Shown one piece after another: positions 45,373-55,137 of a stretch of DNA of 64,000 bases. The notes below the pieces were generated by a model. It did no database searches and was not told where the DNA came from. It saw nothing but the letters and a program-made list of their open reading frames with translations. The translations under genes and the position numbers were made by a program. The number at the start of each line of letters is the position of its first letter. Within the stretch, counting starts at the first letter, position 1. The stretch lies in IMG/VR virus record IMGVR_UViG_3300030943_000012. One strand, given 5' to 3'. This stretch comes from an uncultured virus (IMG/VR IMGVR_UViG_3300030943_000012) (taxonomy: Duplodnaviria; Heunggongvirae; Uroviricota; Caudoviricetes).

Positions 45373-46022
45373 TAGGGCACCTCTTTGAAGGGGTCGTGGT
45401 CCACAGGTATCAGTTTCGACCCTTCGAGGGAAGAACCCTGCGGCGGGGCGCTCTCGCGGTACTGCCGCATGACGGCGCTCTCCAGGCGCGGCCCGCCTGG
45501 CGCCGGCGGCTTCACGACAGGGGCGCGAGACCGCGCGCGCGGCGTCATGTCCACTTCCGGCTCGGTCTTGCCCCGCCGCGCGGCCATCGCCGCCTGCATC
45601 TTGGCCTGTCGTTCCGCCATCAGCCGCTCGATCTCGGCGTCAAGCGCGGCCGTATCAGTAGCTGGGCCGCGCTTGAATTGCTCCGCGACCTCGGATTGCA
45701 GGCGGCGCGGCGGGCCCGATCCCAGCACCGCCTCCCCAGCCCGCGCCGGTGCGCCGGCCACCCCGCCGGTCATGGCGGTCATGGCCGCTTCGACGGGCAC
45801 AGCGGGGTCGTAGGTGCCGGTGTCCATGCTGAACTGCGAATTCTGGATTGCCCGGCGCGGCAAAGTGCCCAGCGCCGACATGACGCCGCGGACCAGCTTG
45901 TCGATCCACGTCGGCGCCGTTGCGCCGGCCTCCCCGGGTGACGTCGTGCCGAAAGCGGCGCCTGGCTGGGCAACCATGTCGTCGACCGTCTGCTGCGGGG
46001 CGAGTTCGTCAATGGAAGCCAT
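45372..46022 (-). CDS. Virion-associated hypothetical protein
   Basis: TGATG coupling; C-terminal PVDHDPF motif. Confidence 0.65.
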   Translation of the reverse strand: MASIDELAPQQTVDDMVAQPGAAFGTTSPGEAGATAPTWIDKLVRGVMSALGTLPRRAIQNSQFSMDTGTYDPAVPVEAAMTAMTGGVAGAPARAGEAVLGSGPPRRLQSEVAEQFKRGPATDTAALDAEIERLMAERQAKMQAAMAARRGKTEPEVDMTPRARSRAPVVKPPAPGGPRLESAVMRQYRESAPPQGSSLEGSKLIPVDHDPFKEVP

Positions 46023-49000
46023 CAGCGCACCACCTGCAGGTACTTGCCGGGGCGTTTGGGGTCAGGGACGTAATAGTTCCCGTCCGGCGCACGGCGCGGC
46101 GTGGGCGCGGTGCCGGTGTCCACGTCGTTTCCGAACTGGTACGCGCCCTGCGCCATGCCGGAGCCGACCGCGCCGCCGCGCTGCAGGACTTTCGATATCT
46201 CCTGCCGGATGGCCTCGCGCTTCTCCGGGTTCGTGTACGACTTCTCCAGCCAGCGCAGGGTCGCCGGGCTTTCCATAAGCTTGGACATCAGCGACATATA
46301 AGAGCCCAAGTAATACCGACCAGCGGCATTAGCGCCAGGAATGATCTTCGATGCCTTGGAAACAATCCCGGCTTTTCCGGCCAACGGGTGCTCGACAAGG
46401 GCTTGCGCCGCCATGCTGCCGGCATGGTCTCCTCGCTGAAGCCCTTTCGCGCTGGTAATGAACGCCATATCCTCGGCGATCTTCTGAGCGGTCTCAAGAT
46501 TGGTGCCGAGCATCAGGCGCTGCACGTCTGGTGACACCACTTTCAAGCGTAAATCCGGCTTTAGCGTGCCGCGCAGAAGCTTCTCAGTCCACACCTGCCG
46601 CAGCGCGTTGAACTCGGCGGAGTTCTCGCCGAAGCGATGCGCGGTGGCGAGGATCAAATCCTCATCGCCGAGAATCTTGTCCACGGCGCGCGTGGCGCCG
46701 AACGACTTGTCCGACAGGAACCGGAGCGGGTCCGCGCGCCGGGCATCGTTGCGCTGTTTTGCCACATCCTGCGCAATCTTCCGGGTTTCCTGGGTCAGCA
46801 CCTTGAGCGGGTCGGTGTCGGCCTGCTTTGCCGCGGTCTCGGCGGCCAGCCGTGCCTGCCGAAACACGTCGAACGACGTGTCGTTGGGGCGGAACTGGAC
46901 GTCAAGCTTGCCGTGGAGCATGCCGATCTGCTGGGCCTGCCGCAGAAGCTGCTCGCCCTGCTCGCGCCCCTGCACGGCCATCAGCGTGCCATTGCGGTGC
47001 GCATCCAGCACTTCCTTGGCGAATTCCAGAGCGTCCACGGAGTTGTCGAACTGCCCCTTGCGGGCGTTGGTCAGCCATTGCTGCCGCTGCGCGGCGCGCA
47101 CGCCATTCCAGAGATTCGGGCCCACCACCTGTTCGGTGCGTGCGATCAGATCTGTGCTGCCCGGTCGGACCAGCGCCTTGAACAGCTGCTGGGGATCGGC
47201 CGGCTCGCCGGCCTCCAGCCCGCGCAGCACGGTCTTCATTTCCTTGGCGTTGAACACCGGGCGCTCGGCGGCGAACCAGCGGTCGTTCTCGTTCAGCATC
47301 CGGATCGCGGTCTGGAACTGCGGCGTCTCGCCGACGCCCTGCATGAGGTTGTCGACTTGATGCGAGAAGTATTTCAGCGATCCGTTCTTGAAGGACGACG
47401 GCAGGTCGAACCAGTCGGCGGCCGACCTCAGTTCCGACCGGATATTGTGCAGTTGTTCAAGGCTGACCGACGACGGCAGCGGGCTGCCATCCTCGGCAAC
47501 GCGCTGGCCCAGCTGCTCGATGCTGCGGATCAGGCCGGGGTTGCGCGCACGGAATTCCGCCGGCACGTTGGCGATAAAGTCCTCGGCTTCCCGCACCAAC
47601 GGTCGGGCGTTGATATTGGCGCCGCGCGGCACGGTCTGGTAGGCGGCCTGCGCGGTCTCGCGGTAGCGGTTGCCGAGCGCGGTGCGCACGGCCTGGATCT
47701 GCTGGCCCACGGCCTGCCACAGGTCGCCCGAATTCGTCCCCTGCGCGGCTGCGCGCACGGCGTTGTCCGCGTTGCGCTCGACCTCCTGCATGCCAGCGTT
47801 GACGAGCTGGGTGGCGTTGGCCTGGCGCTCTTTGGCGATGGACAGGATCGCCTCGCGCTGGGCAGGCGCCTCCGCGACACCGGCCTCGGCCGCCGCGCGC
47901 CGGGCGGCCAGCTCCGCGGCGAAGCGGGCATCGATCTCGCCGGTCTGTTCCATCGCCTTGGCGGTCAGCTTTTCACCAGCTTTTTTAGTCGAGACGGCTG
48001 CGGTGGGCGACACCAGATCGTCGATGGCGCCAACACCCTGCTTCTCCAGCAGAGGGGCAGCCATCTTTTCATAAGCGGTCTGCGCCCCTTCTTTGAGTGG
48101 ATTGCTCATGTCGAAGGCAGGATTAAATTTCTCGTGGATGTTCGATAGGTGCGGCGCTTCCTTGGCAAACGTCGACACGCCCACTGGCGTGTCGGTGTCG
48201 GTATGGCCGACGGCATTGCGGATGCTTGAGAACATGCCCTCGGCAGGCTTCTCGCCAAGTTCTGCAATCTCGCGTGCGCGGGTGACGTTCTCTGCGGACG
48301 TGCCAAGAACCTTGTTGGCGACGTCGGGAAGTGCTTTGCCAACGTTCGACACGCCGGCCTTGATCGACGGTACAAAGCCAGCCACAGCACGGCCGGCGGC
48401 GTCGCCCGCGATACTGGATGCGGCGCCGATGGCCTTGTCGGCGTTGTCCTCGCCCTGCGACCGGTCGTAGGTGCCGTTCAGCCGCATGATGATGTCATTG
48501 AAGTACTGGCCGCCCATGGTGCCGAGCGCCGCGCCGCCGGCCGCCGGTAGGCCGCCGAGACCCGCGCCCACGATGCCACCGATGGCGCCGCCGGCGATCG
48601 GCGCGGCGTTGCCGCCGACCATGCCCGCGGCTGAGCCAACAGAATTCCATTTGCCGGGCTTGCGGAACGTGCCGTTGTCGTTGACCAGCGGGCCGTCCGG
48701 GGTATCGACGATCTCGGCGCCTGGGTAGCCCTTCTCGAGCACCTTGCGCTTTTCCTTGTCGGTCACCGCCATGGAATGCATGGTCTGCGTGGTGAAGTTC
48801 AGCGGCTCGTAGACCGGCTTCTTGCGCTGGTTGCCGGTCGGGTCGACGTAGGTCTCGCCTTCCGGCATGGCATGGTACTCGGTCTCCGAGGCGATGGTGC
48901 GGAGCGGCTTTTGGCGCACATTCCCCTGCGGATCGGTGTAGGTGCCGCCGTAGGGCACGTTCTCGTAATCCGCGGCGTCCTTGACAACGGAATAGGTCTG

Positions 49001-49099
49001 AGGCGCGGCAGTGCCGCCGGCGGCCGCGAGGCCTTGTGAAGGCGCCTCGCCCGTGTGCGGGTTGACTTCGTCAAGCGGGTCGAGGGCCGCGTCAGCCAT
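46022..49099 (-). CDS. Large internal virion/DNA-ejection protein
   Basis: 1025 aa, helical, Gly-zipper hydrophobic segment (GGAIGGIVGAGLGG); podoviral position. Confidence 0.75.
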   Translation of the reverse strand: MADAALDPLDEVNPHTGEAPSQGLAAAGGTAAPQTYSVVKDAADYENVPYGGTYTDPQGNVRQKPLRTIASETEYHAMPEGETYVDPTGNQRKKPVYEPLNFTTQTMHSMAVTDKEKRKVLEKGYPGAEIVDTPDGPLVNDNGTFRKPGKWNSVGSAAGMVGGNAAPIAGGAIGGIVGAGLGGLPAAGGAALGTMGGQYFNDIIMRLNGTYDRSQGEDNADKAIGAASSIAGDAAGRAVAGFVPSIKAGVSNVGKALPDVANKVLGTSAENVTRAREIAELGEKPAEGMFSSIRNAVGHTDTDTPVGVSTFAKEAPHLSNIHEKFNPAFDMSNPLKEGAQTAYEKMAAPLLEKQGVGAIDDLVSPTAAVSTKKAGEKLTAKAMEQTGEIDARFAAELAARRAAAEAGVAEAPAQREAILSIAKERQANATQLVNAGMQEVERNADNAVRAAAQGTNSGDLWQAVGQQIQAVRTALGNRYRETAQAAYQTVPRGANINARPLVREAEDFIANVPAEFRARNPGLIRSIEQLGQRVAEDGSPLPSSVSLEQLHNIRSELRSAADWFDLPSSFKNGSLKYFSHQVDNLMQGVGETPQFQTAIRMLNENDRWFAAERPVFNAKEMKTVLRGLEAGEPADPQQLFKALVRPGSTDLIARTEQVVGPNLWNGVRAAQRQQWLTNARKGQFDNSVDALEFAKEVLDAHRNGTLMAVQGREQGEQLLRQAQQIGMLHGKLDVQFRPNDTSFDVFRQARLAAETAAKQADTDPLKVLTQETRKIAQDVAKQRNDARRADPLRFLSDKSFGATRAVDKILGDEDLILATAHRFGENSAEFNALRQVWTEKLLRGTLKPDLRLKVVSPDVQRLMLGTNLETAQKIAEDMAFITSAKGLQRGDHAGSMAAQALVEHPLAGKAGIVSKASKIIPGANAAGRYYLGSYMSLMSKLMESPATLRWLEKSYTNPEKREAIRQEISKVLQRGGAVGSGMAQGAYQFGNDVDTGTAPTPRRAPDGNYYVPDPKRPGKYLQVVR

Positions 49100-50816
49100 A
49101 CGCCATCTCGCTTTCGCCGCCGAGATCGGCGCGCGGCTTGATTACCGGGTCTTTTTCCCACGGCATCTGCTTTTTCGGCGCGGCCTTCGTCTGGCCGACG
49201 CCTTCCGGGTTGGCGCTGCCGGGGCCCGCGCCGGTCGCGGCGTTCGGCGTGCCGCGACGCCGATTGACGTTGTCCTGCTGCATCTTATCCCAGAGTTCGC
49301 GGATATCGGTCAGCGCGCTCTTGGTGTTCGCCGTGGTGTCGCCCATGCTCAAGCCCGCGATCAGCGAGTTGATCTTGTCGGCCTCGGCCTTCAGGCCACG
49401 GCTGGACGCATCTTGCAGCAGGCGCGGCGCGACGGTCTGCAAATACTTGATCTGGTGCGCGATGTCGGCGCGGTCGGTCTCGTTCGATCCGGCGATGTTG
49501 CCTAGACGCTCGCCAAGCCGGGTAGCGTACCCCGCGGCGCCGACGGACATGGCGTGCTTTTCGATCAGAGCGAGGGTCTTGTCGATCGCGGTCTTGCCAT
49601 TGTCGTACATGCCGATCTGCTTGTCGATATCATCGAGACGATTACCAGAAGGAGTAGCAACCCTGCGATTATATTCAGCGGTCGCCTCGGTAAGCGAAAG
49701 CGGCGCGGCGCGCGAACCTGCGGCAACTTCGTCCTCGCTTTTCTTCACCAGATCCTGAATAGCCTTGACCCTCAGCTTCGGCCCGCTGATCGGCCCGGCT
49801 TCGCCCGGATCGCCCTCGGCGGCCGTGGCGAAATCCTTCTCCCACTGCAATTGGTCGGCTGGTGTGTAGTTGGGGTTCGCCCTTTTTTGCGCTGCGAAAT
49901 ATTCCTTTTTCGAATCCCATTTCGCTTGCGAAGCCCCCGTCAGTGGATTCCACCGCGCAGCTGCATCAGCGATGGCCGCAGCTCTCTGCTCGGGGTCGCC
50001 ACTCGTATAACGAGGGTCGGATCGAATATCCATGACCTTGTCATGCTGCAACTGCACCTTGTCCCACTGCTCCTGCATGCCGAGCGCGGCCTTGTTGCGG
50101 GCTACGAACAGGTCTGTCAGTTCCTTGTCCATGCCGTTCTCGAGGAGCGCTTGCACCTTCTGGTCGCCGAACTTCGTTGCGGCCAGCTCCATCTTGGTGC
50201 GGCCGGCATTGATGTTCGAATTCATCAGCGTGGTGGCGTCGTTATACGCCTGGCGCTGCATATCGTGCCGCTTGAGAGCGAGATCGGTATTCTTCTGCCA
50301 CGCCGTGAACTCGCGGTTGTAGGCGTCCTCGTCGCCCTTGTGGATGGCGTTCATCGCCGCGGCACCGGCGTTCAGCCCGGCTTCCATCGGCAGGCCAGCG
50401 AACGACGATGCCAGCATGGCGAACACCGAGCCAACGGAGCCGAACGCCTGCACGGGGTCGGTATAGTGCTCGGCGCTCTTGGCATTGGCGTCCCACGGCT
50501 GGAGCCCTTCCGGCTCTTTGGCGCTGGCCAGATACGCCTGCTCCATGCGCGCGCGGTCCTTGTCGAGGCGCGCGCTCATCTCGTTGCTCTGAGCGGCGTC
50601 ATTGGCGGTCTTGGCGCGCTGAATCTCGGACAGCTGCTGGCGCGTCCGCTCCATCTGCTGGGGCGTGACGATGAGGCTGTCCATGGACGAGCCGGGCAGC
50701 GTGGTCGGCATACTCCCGCCGCCAACGGGTGCTGCCGGAGGTGCAGGCGTGCCTGTGCCCGCCGTGGGAGCGGCGGTTTCAGGGAGGTCCGGGCCGTCGT
50801 CTTCCTCGCCGGCCAT
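49092..50816 (-). CDS. Internal virion/ejection protein
   Basis: Helical A/Q-rich with a hydrophobic segment; GGAGG RBS. Confidence 0.7.
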   Translation of the reverse strand: MAGEEDDGPDLPETAAPTAGTGTPAPPAAPVGGGSMPTTLPGSSMDSLIVTPQQMERTRQQLSEIQRAKTANDAAQSNEMSARLDKDRARMEQAYLASAKEPEGLQPWDANAKSAEHYTDPVQAFGSVGSVFAMLASSFAGLPMEAGLNAGAAAMNAIHKGDEDAYNREFTAWQKNTDLALKRHDMQRQAYNDATTLMNSNINAGRTKMELAATKFGDQKVQALLENGMDKELTDLFVARNKAALGMQEQWDKVQLQHDKVMDIRSDPRYTSGDPEQRAAAIADAAARWNPLTGASQAKWDSKKEYFAAQKRANPNYTPADQLQWEKDFATAAEGDPGEAGPISGPKLRVKAIQDLVKKSEDEVAAGSRAAPLSLTEATAEYNRRVATPSGNRLDDIDKQIGMYDNGKTAIDKTLALIEKHAMSVGAAGYATRLGERLGNIAGSNETDRADIAHQIKYLQTVAPRLLQDASSRGLKAEADKINSLIAGLSMGDTTANTKSALTDIRELWDKMQQDNVNRRRGTPNAATGAGPGSANPEGVGQTKAAPKKQMPWEKDPVIKPRADLGGESEMAYG

Positions 50817-51110
50817 TTACGCTACCTCCGTAGTGCCCTTGACGGGTACTTTTGAAGTGCTCCAGAGGTAGGCCGCTGGATTAGCAGGAAGCTCTCGTAG
50901 CGCCGTTAGAAGCGGCCTGCCTCGAGCGCTCCGCGGCATCCGCTCCGATACTTCGTGAAGCCCCTGCGCAATGGCCGCCAGCTGCGTGCATTCTACTCCA
51001 AGTGTTTCAAAAATAGCGTCGTGCAACTGCCCGGAGGTGTACATGCGCACCAACAACGCTGTTGCGTTCTCGATGCTTTCGATGTCGGCATTTGCGAGAT
51101 GCACTTCCAT
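50817..51110 (-). CDS. Hypothetical protein (insert)
   Basis: ATG 51110 right after the upstream stop; codon use less GC-rich than the flanks. Confidence 0.5.
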   Translation of the reverse strand: MEVHLANADIESIENATALLVRMYTSGQLHDAIFETLGVECTQLAAIAQGLHEVSERMPRSARGRPLLTALRELPANPAAYLWSTSKVPVKGTTEVA

Positions 51111-51111
51111 T

Positions 51112-51339
51112 TTACACTGCTTCCTGCGCCAACTGAACAACTTGATTGTCAAGAAACTCTTTGGTGGCTTTAAGGTTAGCTTGCACGCTGGCTTCTTCGG
51201 TGGAAGAAACCGACAAAAGCTCTCCCAGCACTTCTGCAGTTGCCGCGAGCATGACAGCAAGTTCGTACTCGCGACATACTCGCGCGATCGACTTTTTCAG
51301 GTCTTCCACCTCGACTCGGTTTGCTAAATTCGTAGCCAT
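51112..51339 (-). CDS. Hypothetical protein (insert)
   Basis: Starts immediately after the previous stop. Confidence 0.5.
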   Translation of the reverse strand: MATNLANRVEVEDLKKSIARVCREYELAVMLAATAEVLGELLSVSSTEEASVQANLKATKEFLDNQVVQLAQEAV

Positions 51340-52917
51340 TTACGCCGCCTTTGTGCCGCCGATATTGAGGTTGATGCCGCCGTTGCTCTTCGTGCCGCCG
51401 TTCAGTGCCGACGCGAAATTCGAGATCGCCTGCGAGCGCTGCTTGTTCTGGTCGTTGGTCAGATTCGCCAGCGTAGTGTACGTGCCGCTGGAAAGCCCTG
51501 CCGCCGACAGCCCATCGTTGATCAGATTGTTCGCCGTCAAGTTGTTGCCGGTGGTCGACGTCTGGTTGCCGGAAGCGATGATGCTGTTGCCGGTGGTCGC
51601 CAGCTGGGACGCCAGCTGCTCGCGCATCGACGGGATCTTGGCATCGACCTGTCCCAGTTCCTGGGCCAGCATGGAGTTCTTGGTCGGATCAGTCGGCAAG
51701 CCGCGATTGGCGTAATTCGAGATGATCTGCGCCTTCTGCGACTGCACCGACTGCTGGACCATGTCCTCGTATCCCTGCGGCAGGGTACCGGTGGCGACGT
51801 ACTGCTGCAACGCCTGACCCTGGGCGGTCTGCGACTGTCCGGACTCAAGCGCCGGCGTGCCGTACTGCGTGCCCATATCCTTGCCCTGCTGGGCGTATTG
51901 CTGGGCCAGCTGCTGGTACTGCTGAGCCTGGCTGGTCAGCGCCTGCTGCGCGGCCGACTGCTGCTGGCCGTTCATCAGGTTGTTCAGTAGGCCGGCGCCG
52001 GAGAGCGCGAGACCGGCGGTGTTGGTGTTGAAGCCGAGACCGGACGAATTCCCGGACCCGCCGCCCGAGCCACCGCCGGAACCGCCGCCAGAGCCGGACG
52101 AGGCGGTCGCCGGGAGGGTCGACCCCGTGCTCTCGCCGGCCGCGGCCGGGATTGAGGCGGCCTGCGTCGCGCCGTAGTCGTTGGCCGCGCCGGTCTGTGC
52201 CGCATTGAGGGAATCCCAGATGCCGGAGCTGCCGGAGCCGGCATTCGCCCCGGTGGCCGCGGTATTCTGGTTGTTCGGATCGGAAACGAGGCTGGCCAGA
52301 TCCGGCGTGCCGGAGACGCCGGACGGCGCGGCGAACGCGGCTGCCGATGTCCCCGAACTGGCATCGGGGGATGTCGTGCCGAGCGCAGCGGAATTCTGCG
52401 ACAGCGCGCTGCCGGAGCCGTCGCTGGAAAACACGCCGCCATGCGTATCGATACCGGTGCCGGCGGAGGACGAGGTGTCCCCGGAGAAAAAGGACGAACC
52501 GGTGCCGGGAAGCTCGGAGTTGCCGCCCACGGGGCCCGACCCACTGAGATTGAACCCGCCCGGCGCGTAGGTGTCGATGCTCGGCGTGTCCCACCAGTTC
52601 GAGCTTCCGCCCGAGGACGATCCGGTGGAGTCGAATCCACCGGAAGACGAGCCGCTGGACGAGCCATCGGTGATCAGCGACGGCAGATCACCGTAGCCGC
52701 CGCCCTGGAAGCCGGATTGCTCAGCCGGCGACGTGTAGCTGCTGCTCGACTCGAACGGGCTGCTCGAATAGCTGCTTGACGGCGAGTACGTACCCTGGGA
52801 CTGCGACATCGGATTGTTCTCGCTAGCGCCGTCATAGCCGACGGAGCCGCCGCTGTCGCTGCTGCCCTTGCTGTCGCCGCCGCCGCCCTTGCCGCCGTCG
52901 CCACCACCGTCAGACAT
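51340..52917 (-). CDS. Ser/Gly-rich low-complexity virion (ejection/pilot-like) protein
   Basis: Roughly 290 aa S/G-rich N-terminus, then Q/N-rich helices. Confidence 0.7.
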   Translation of the reverse strand: MSDGGGDGGKGGGGDSKGSSDSGGSVGYDGASENNPMSQSQGTYSPSSSYSSSPFESSSSYTSPAEQSGFQGGGYGDLPSLITDGSSSGSSSGGFDSTGSSSGGSSNWWDTPSIDTYAPGGFNLSGSGPVGGNSELPGTGSSFFSGDTSSSAGTGIDTHGGVFSSDGSGSALSQNSAALGTTSPDASSGTSAAAFAAPSGVSGTPDLASLVSDPNNQNTAATGANAGSGSSGIWDSLNAAQTGAANDYGATQAASIPAAAGESTGSTLPATASSGSGGGSGGGSGGGSGNSSGLGFNTNTAGLALSGAGLLNNLMNGQQQSAAQQALTSQAQQYQQLAQQYAQQGKDMGTQYGTPALESGQSQTAQGQALQQYVATGTLPQGYEDMVQQSVQSQKAQIISNYANRGLPTDPTKNSMLAQELGQVDAKIPSMREQLASQLATTGNSIIASGNQTSTTGNNLTANNLINDGLSAAGLSSGTYTTLANLTNDQNKQRSQAISNFASALNGGTKSNGGINLNIGGTKAA

Positions 52918-53335
52918 CAGAATTCTCCGGGTTCAGGGGGATGTCGTAGCGCGGGCTGTCAACGCGGTAGCCGCCCAGCCGCAGGGCGAAAGGCCCGAAA
53001 TCGACGCCGGTATCGGCATCAAGCCGAAACTTCTTCGCGCCCATTTTGCCCGCCCAATCGACCATGATCTTGACCATCCTAAACGCTTCGAGGGGCGCGA
53101 TCGGGGTGCGCCGCCCGACCAGTATATCCATCCTTGCCTTCCGCTCAAAGCCATAATGTGTCGCTACCGAGGCCATTCCCGCAGTGTCAACCCCGATCAG
53201 GCAGAGGCGGTCGGATTGTTTCATGGCCCACTCGATGTACGGTCGCGCCAAAGCGACCGGCCGCCCTTCGTAAGAGGCGGCCGCCAGCTCCATGATATGG
53301 GGCAGATCGTCGGGGGTGGCGATCCGGATCGGCAT
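52910..53335 (-). CDS. GNAT-fold protein
   Basis: IRIATPDDLPHIMEL...DWAGKMGAKKF...LRLGG; TGATG coupling. Confidence 0.65.
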   Translation of the reverse strand: MPIRIATPDDLPHIMELAAASYEGRPVALARPYIEWAMKQSDRLCLIGVDTAGMASVATHYGFERKARMDILVGRRTPIAPLEAFRMVKIMVDWAGKMGAKKFRLDADTGVDFGPFALRLGGYRVDSPRYDIPLNPENSDV

Positions 53336-53820
53336 CAGGCGCGCGCGATCTTGGCGAAGACCTGCTTGCGCTCGAACAGGCGCTTGTCGAGGCGTTCGCG
53401 GACCATCTCGTGGGGCACGTCGCTGTTCTCCTCGACGATCATGATCGAGAGCGACTTGCGCCGGCCCCACTCCATGAAGTGCGTGTAAAAGTGCGAGGCA
53501 TCTTCGACCTGCTCCTTGTCGTCTGGGTCTTCGACCCAGACGAACTGTTCCTCGATCACCGGCTCCGGCTTGAGTCCATACTGCACGGCCTGGGCGAGTG
53601 CGATGCCGTGGTCCATGTAGAGGAACAGCATCTCGTTGGACGTGAGGATGTTGAGCAGCCAGGTGTAGGCGGAACGCTCGTTGAGCTGCGGAAACGCTTT
53701 CAGCAGGCGCGGGATGAACCACGCGGCGTGCTTGTCGATATCAGGGCGCTCGAAGCGCCGGACGAACGGCGGGTCTTTTTCGAGGATGAATTCGGGTTTT
53801 GCGAGGGCGGCTTCGGCCAT
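53335..53820 (-). CDS. Hypothetical (possibly GNAT-like) protein
   Basis: VRRFERPDI...FVWV...FMEWGRR. Confidence 0.6.
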   Translation of the reverse strand: MAEAALAKPEFILEKDPPFVRRFERPDIDKHAAWFIPRLLKAFPQLNERSAYTWLLNILTSNEMLFLYMDHGIALAQAVQYGLKPEPVIEEQFVWVEDPDDKEQVEDASHFYTHFMEWGRRKSLSIMIVEENSDVPHEMVRERLDKRLFERKQVFAKIARA

Positions 53821-53823
53821 GTG

Positions 53824-54162
53824 CTATCCTAGTTTGAGGAGATCCGACGCGGCGCGATGCTCGAGGGCGTTGAGCTGAATCCATGCCGCCAGCTTGTTCT
53901 CGTCGTGCCAGTCTAGCCCCAGCAGGTTGTAGCCCGCAAGGCTCAGCGCCGAATTCATGTCCGCATGCATCTGCTGGTGCAGGCGCGTCCAAGTGCCGGT
54001 ATCGTCGGGGTTGACAGGGTCGAGGCAGTATTCGGGAAGCGCGATCTTGCCCTTCTCGTAGATTACGCGGATGATATCCCGATGGCTCGCCATATGCGCG
54101 AACGACCACTGATTCAGTTCTTCGGATTTCGTCGGCACATTGAACAGGGCTGCAAGCGCCAT
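53824..54162 (-). CDS. His-rich hypothetical virion-module protein
   Basis: HMASH...HQQMH...EH. Confidence 0.65.
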   Translation of the reverse strand: MALAALFNVPTKSEELNQWSFAHMASHRDIIRVIYEKGKIALPEYCLDPVNPDDTGTWTRLHQQMHADMNSALSLAGYNLLGLDWHDENKLAAWIQLNALEHRAASDLLKLG

Positions 54163-54163
54163 T

Positions 54164-54376
54164 TTACCGGTTCCTCGCCGGCCCCGGCGCAGCGTATTCC
54201 GGCATCACGCCGGGCACGGCTTTCTGGTTCGGGATATCCACGATCTGGCTGGCCGGGCGATGCGGGCGCTGCCCGGTGCGCGGAAAGGCCAACGCCGGCG
54301 TATCCATCGGAACCGGAGCGTCGTATTCGACCGCGGTGTAATCGGTGGGGGACGGGATCGGCGGGGGGTTCGCCAT
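54164..54376 (-). CDS. Pro-rich small protein
   Basis: TGATG coupling, GAGG RBS. Confidence 0.55.
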   Translation of the reverse strand: MANPPPIPSPTDYTAVEYDAPVPMDTPALAFPRTGQRPHRPASQIVDIPNQKAVPGVMPEYAAPGPARNR

Positions 54377-55134
54377 CAGGTCGTCCTCACAGCCTTCATG
54401 CCGACGGTGACAGCGCCGGGCGTGATGGTCGAGGCCGTGGTGAAATTCGCCGCGCGCACGGTCACCGTGCCCACTGTCGCATCGCCGGCGGCGAAATACG
54501 AAGTGAACGTCAGCCCGGTTGAAACCGGCAGCGGAAGCGCCATTGCGAGCCCGTCGGTGCGCAACAGGCCCGCGACAGTGAACGACTGGTCCTGCCCCGC
54601 GCCAGGGACGATCGAGGTGTAGGTCAGTGTAGCGGAAGCGGCCAGTACCCCGGTCACCGTAGGAGTTGTGGCCGGAAACTTGACACCGATAGACGGCGAT
54701 ACGAGTGCCGGAAATATGTTCGACCCGCTCGTGGTCATGTTGGAAATCAGGTGCCACCCGCCTGCACCGGAATTAAGCGCAGAGTCGTACATGAGGGTAA
54801 ACGCCGCACCTTGCAGTATCTCGCCACCGCCCAACGGCACTATACCGCTTGCTGTGTCCTTGTACACGTTGAGTATAGGAAGCGTGCCCACGCGAGCAGT
54901 GGTGGCACCCCCGTTATTGGAAGCTCCTATTCCGCACACCATTACGTAATTTTGGTAATCTAGCAAAGAAACCGATGCCGCCTGCGAGCCGCTGTTTTGT
55001 GCCAGCACGAGGTTGTTCGACCCGGACACAGCGCAAGGGATCGGCGCCAAAACCCCGAAAGCCTGGAAATTCTGGTCCAGATCTGTAAGGGCCGGTGTCG
55101 TATCGTTCCCAAACTGGGTAATCGTGTAGGTCAT
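54376..55134 (-). CDS. Tail-associated structural protein
   Basis: LDQNF N-terminal motif; beta-rich T/S/G composition. Confidence 0.65.
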   Translation of the reverse strand: MTYTITQFGNDTTPALTDLDQNFQAFGVLAPIPCAVSGSNNLVLAQNSGSQAASVSLLDYQNYVMVCGIGASNNGGATTARVGTLPILNVYKDTASGIVPLGGGEILQGAAFTLMYDSALNSGAGGWHLISNMTTSGSNIFPALVSPSIGVKFPATTPTVTGVLAASATLTYTSIVPGAGQDQSFTVAGLLRTDGLAMALPLPVSTGLTFTSYFAAGDATVGTVTVRAANFTTASTITPGAVTVGMKAVRTT

Positions 55135-55137
55135 CGT

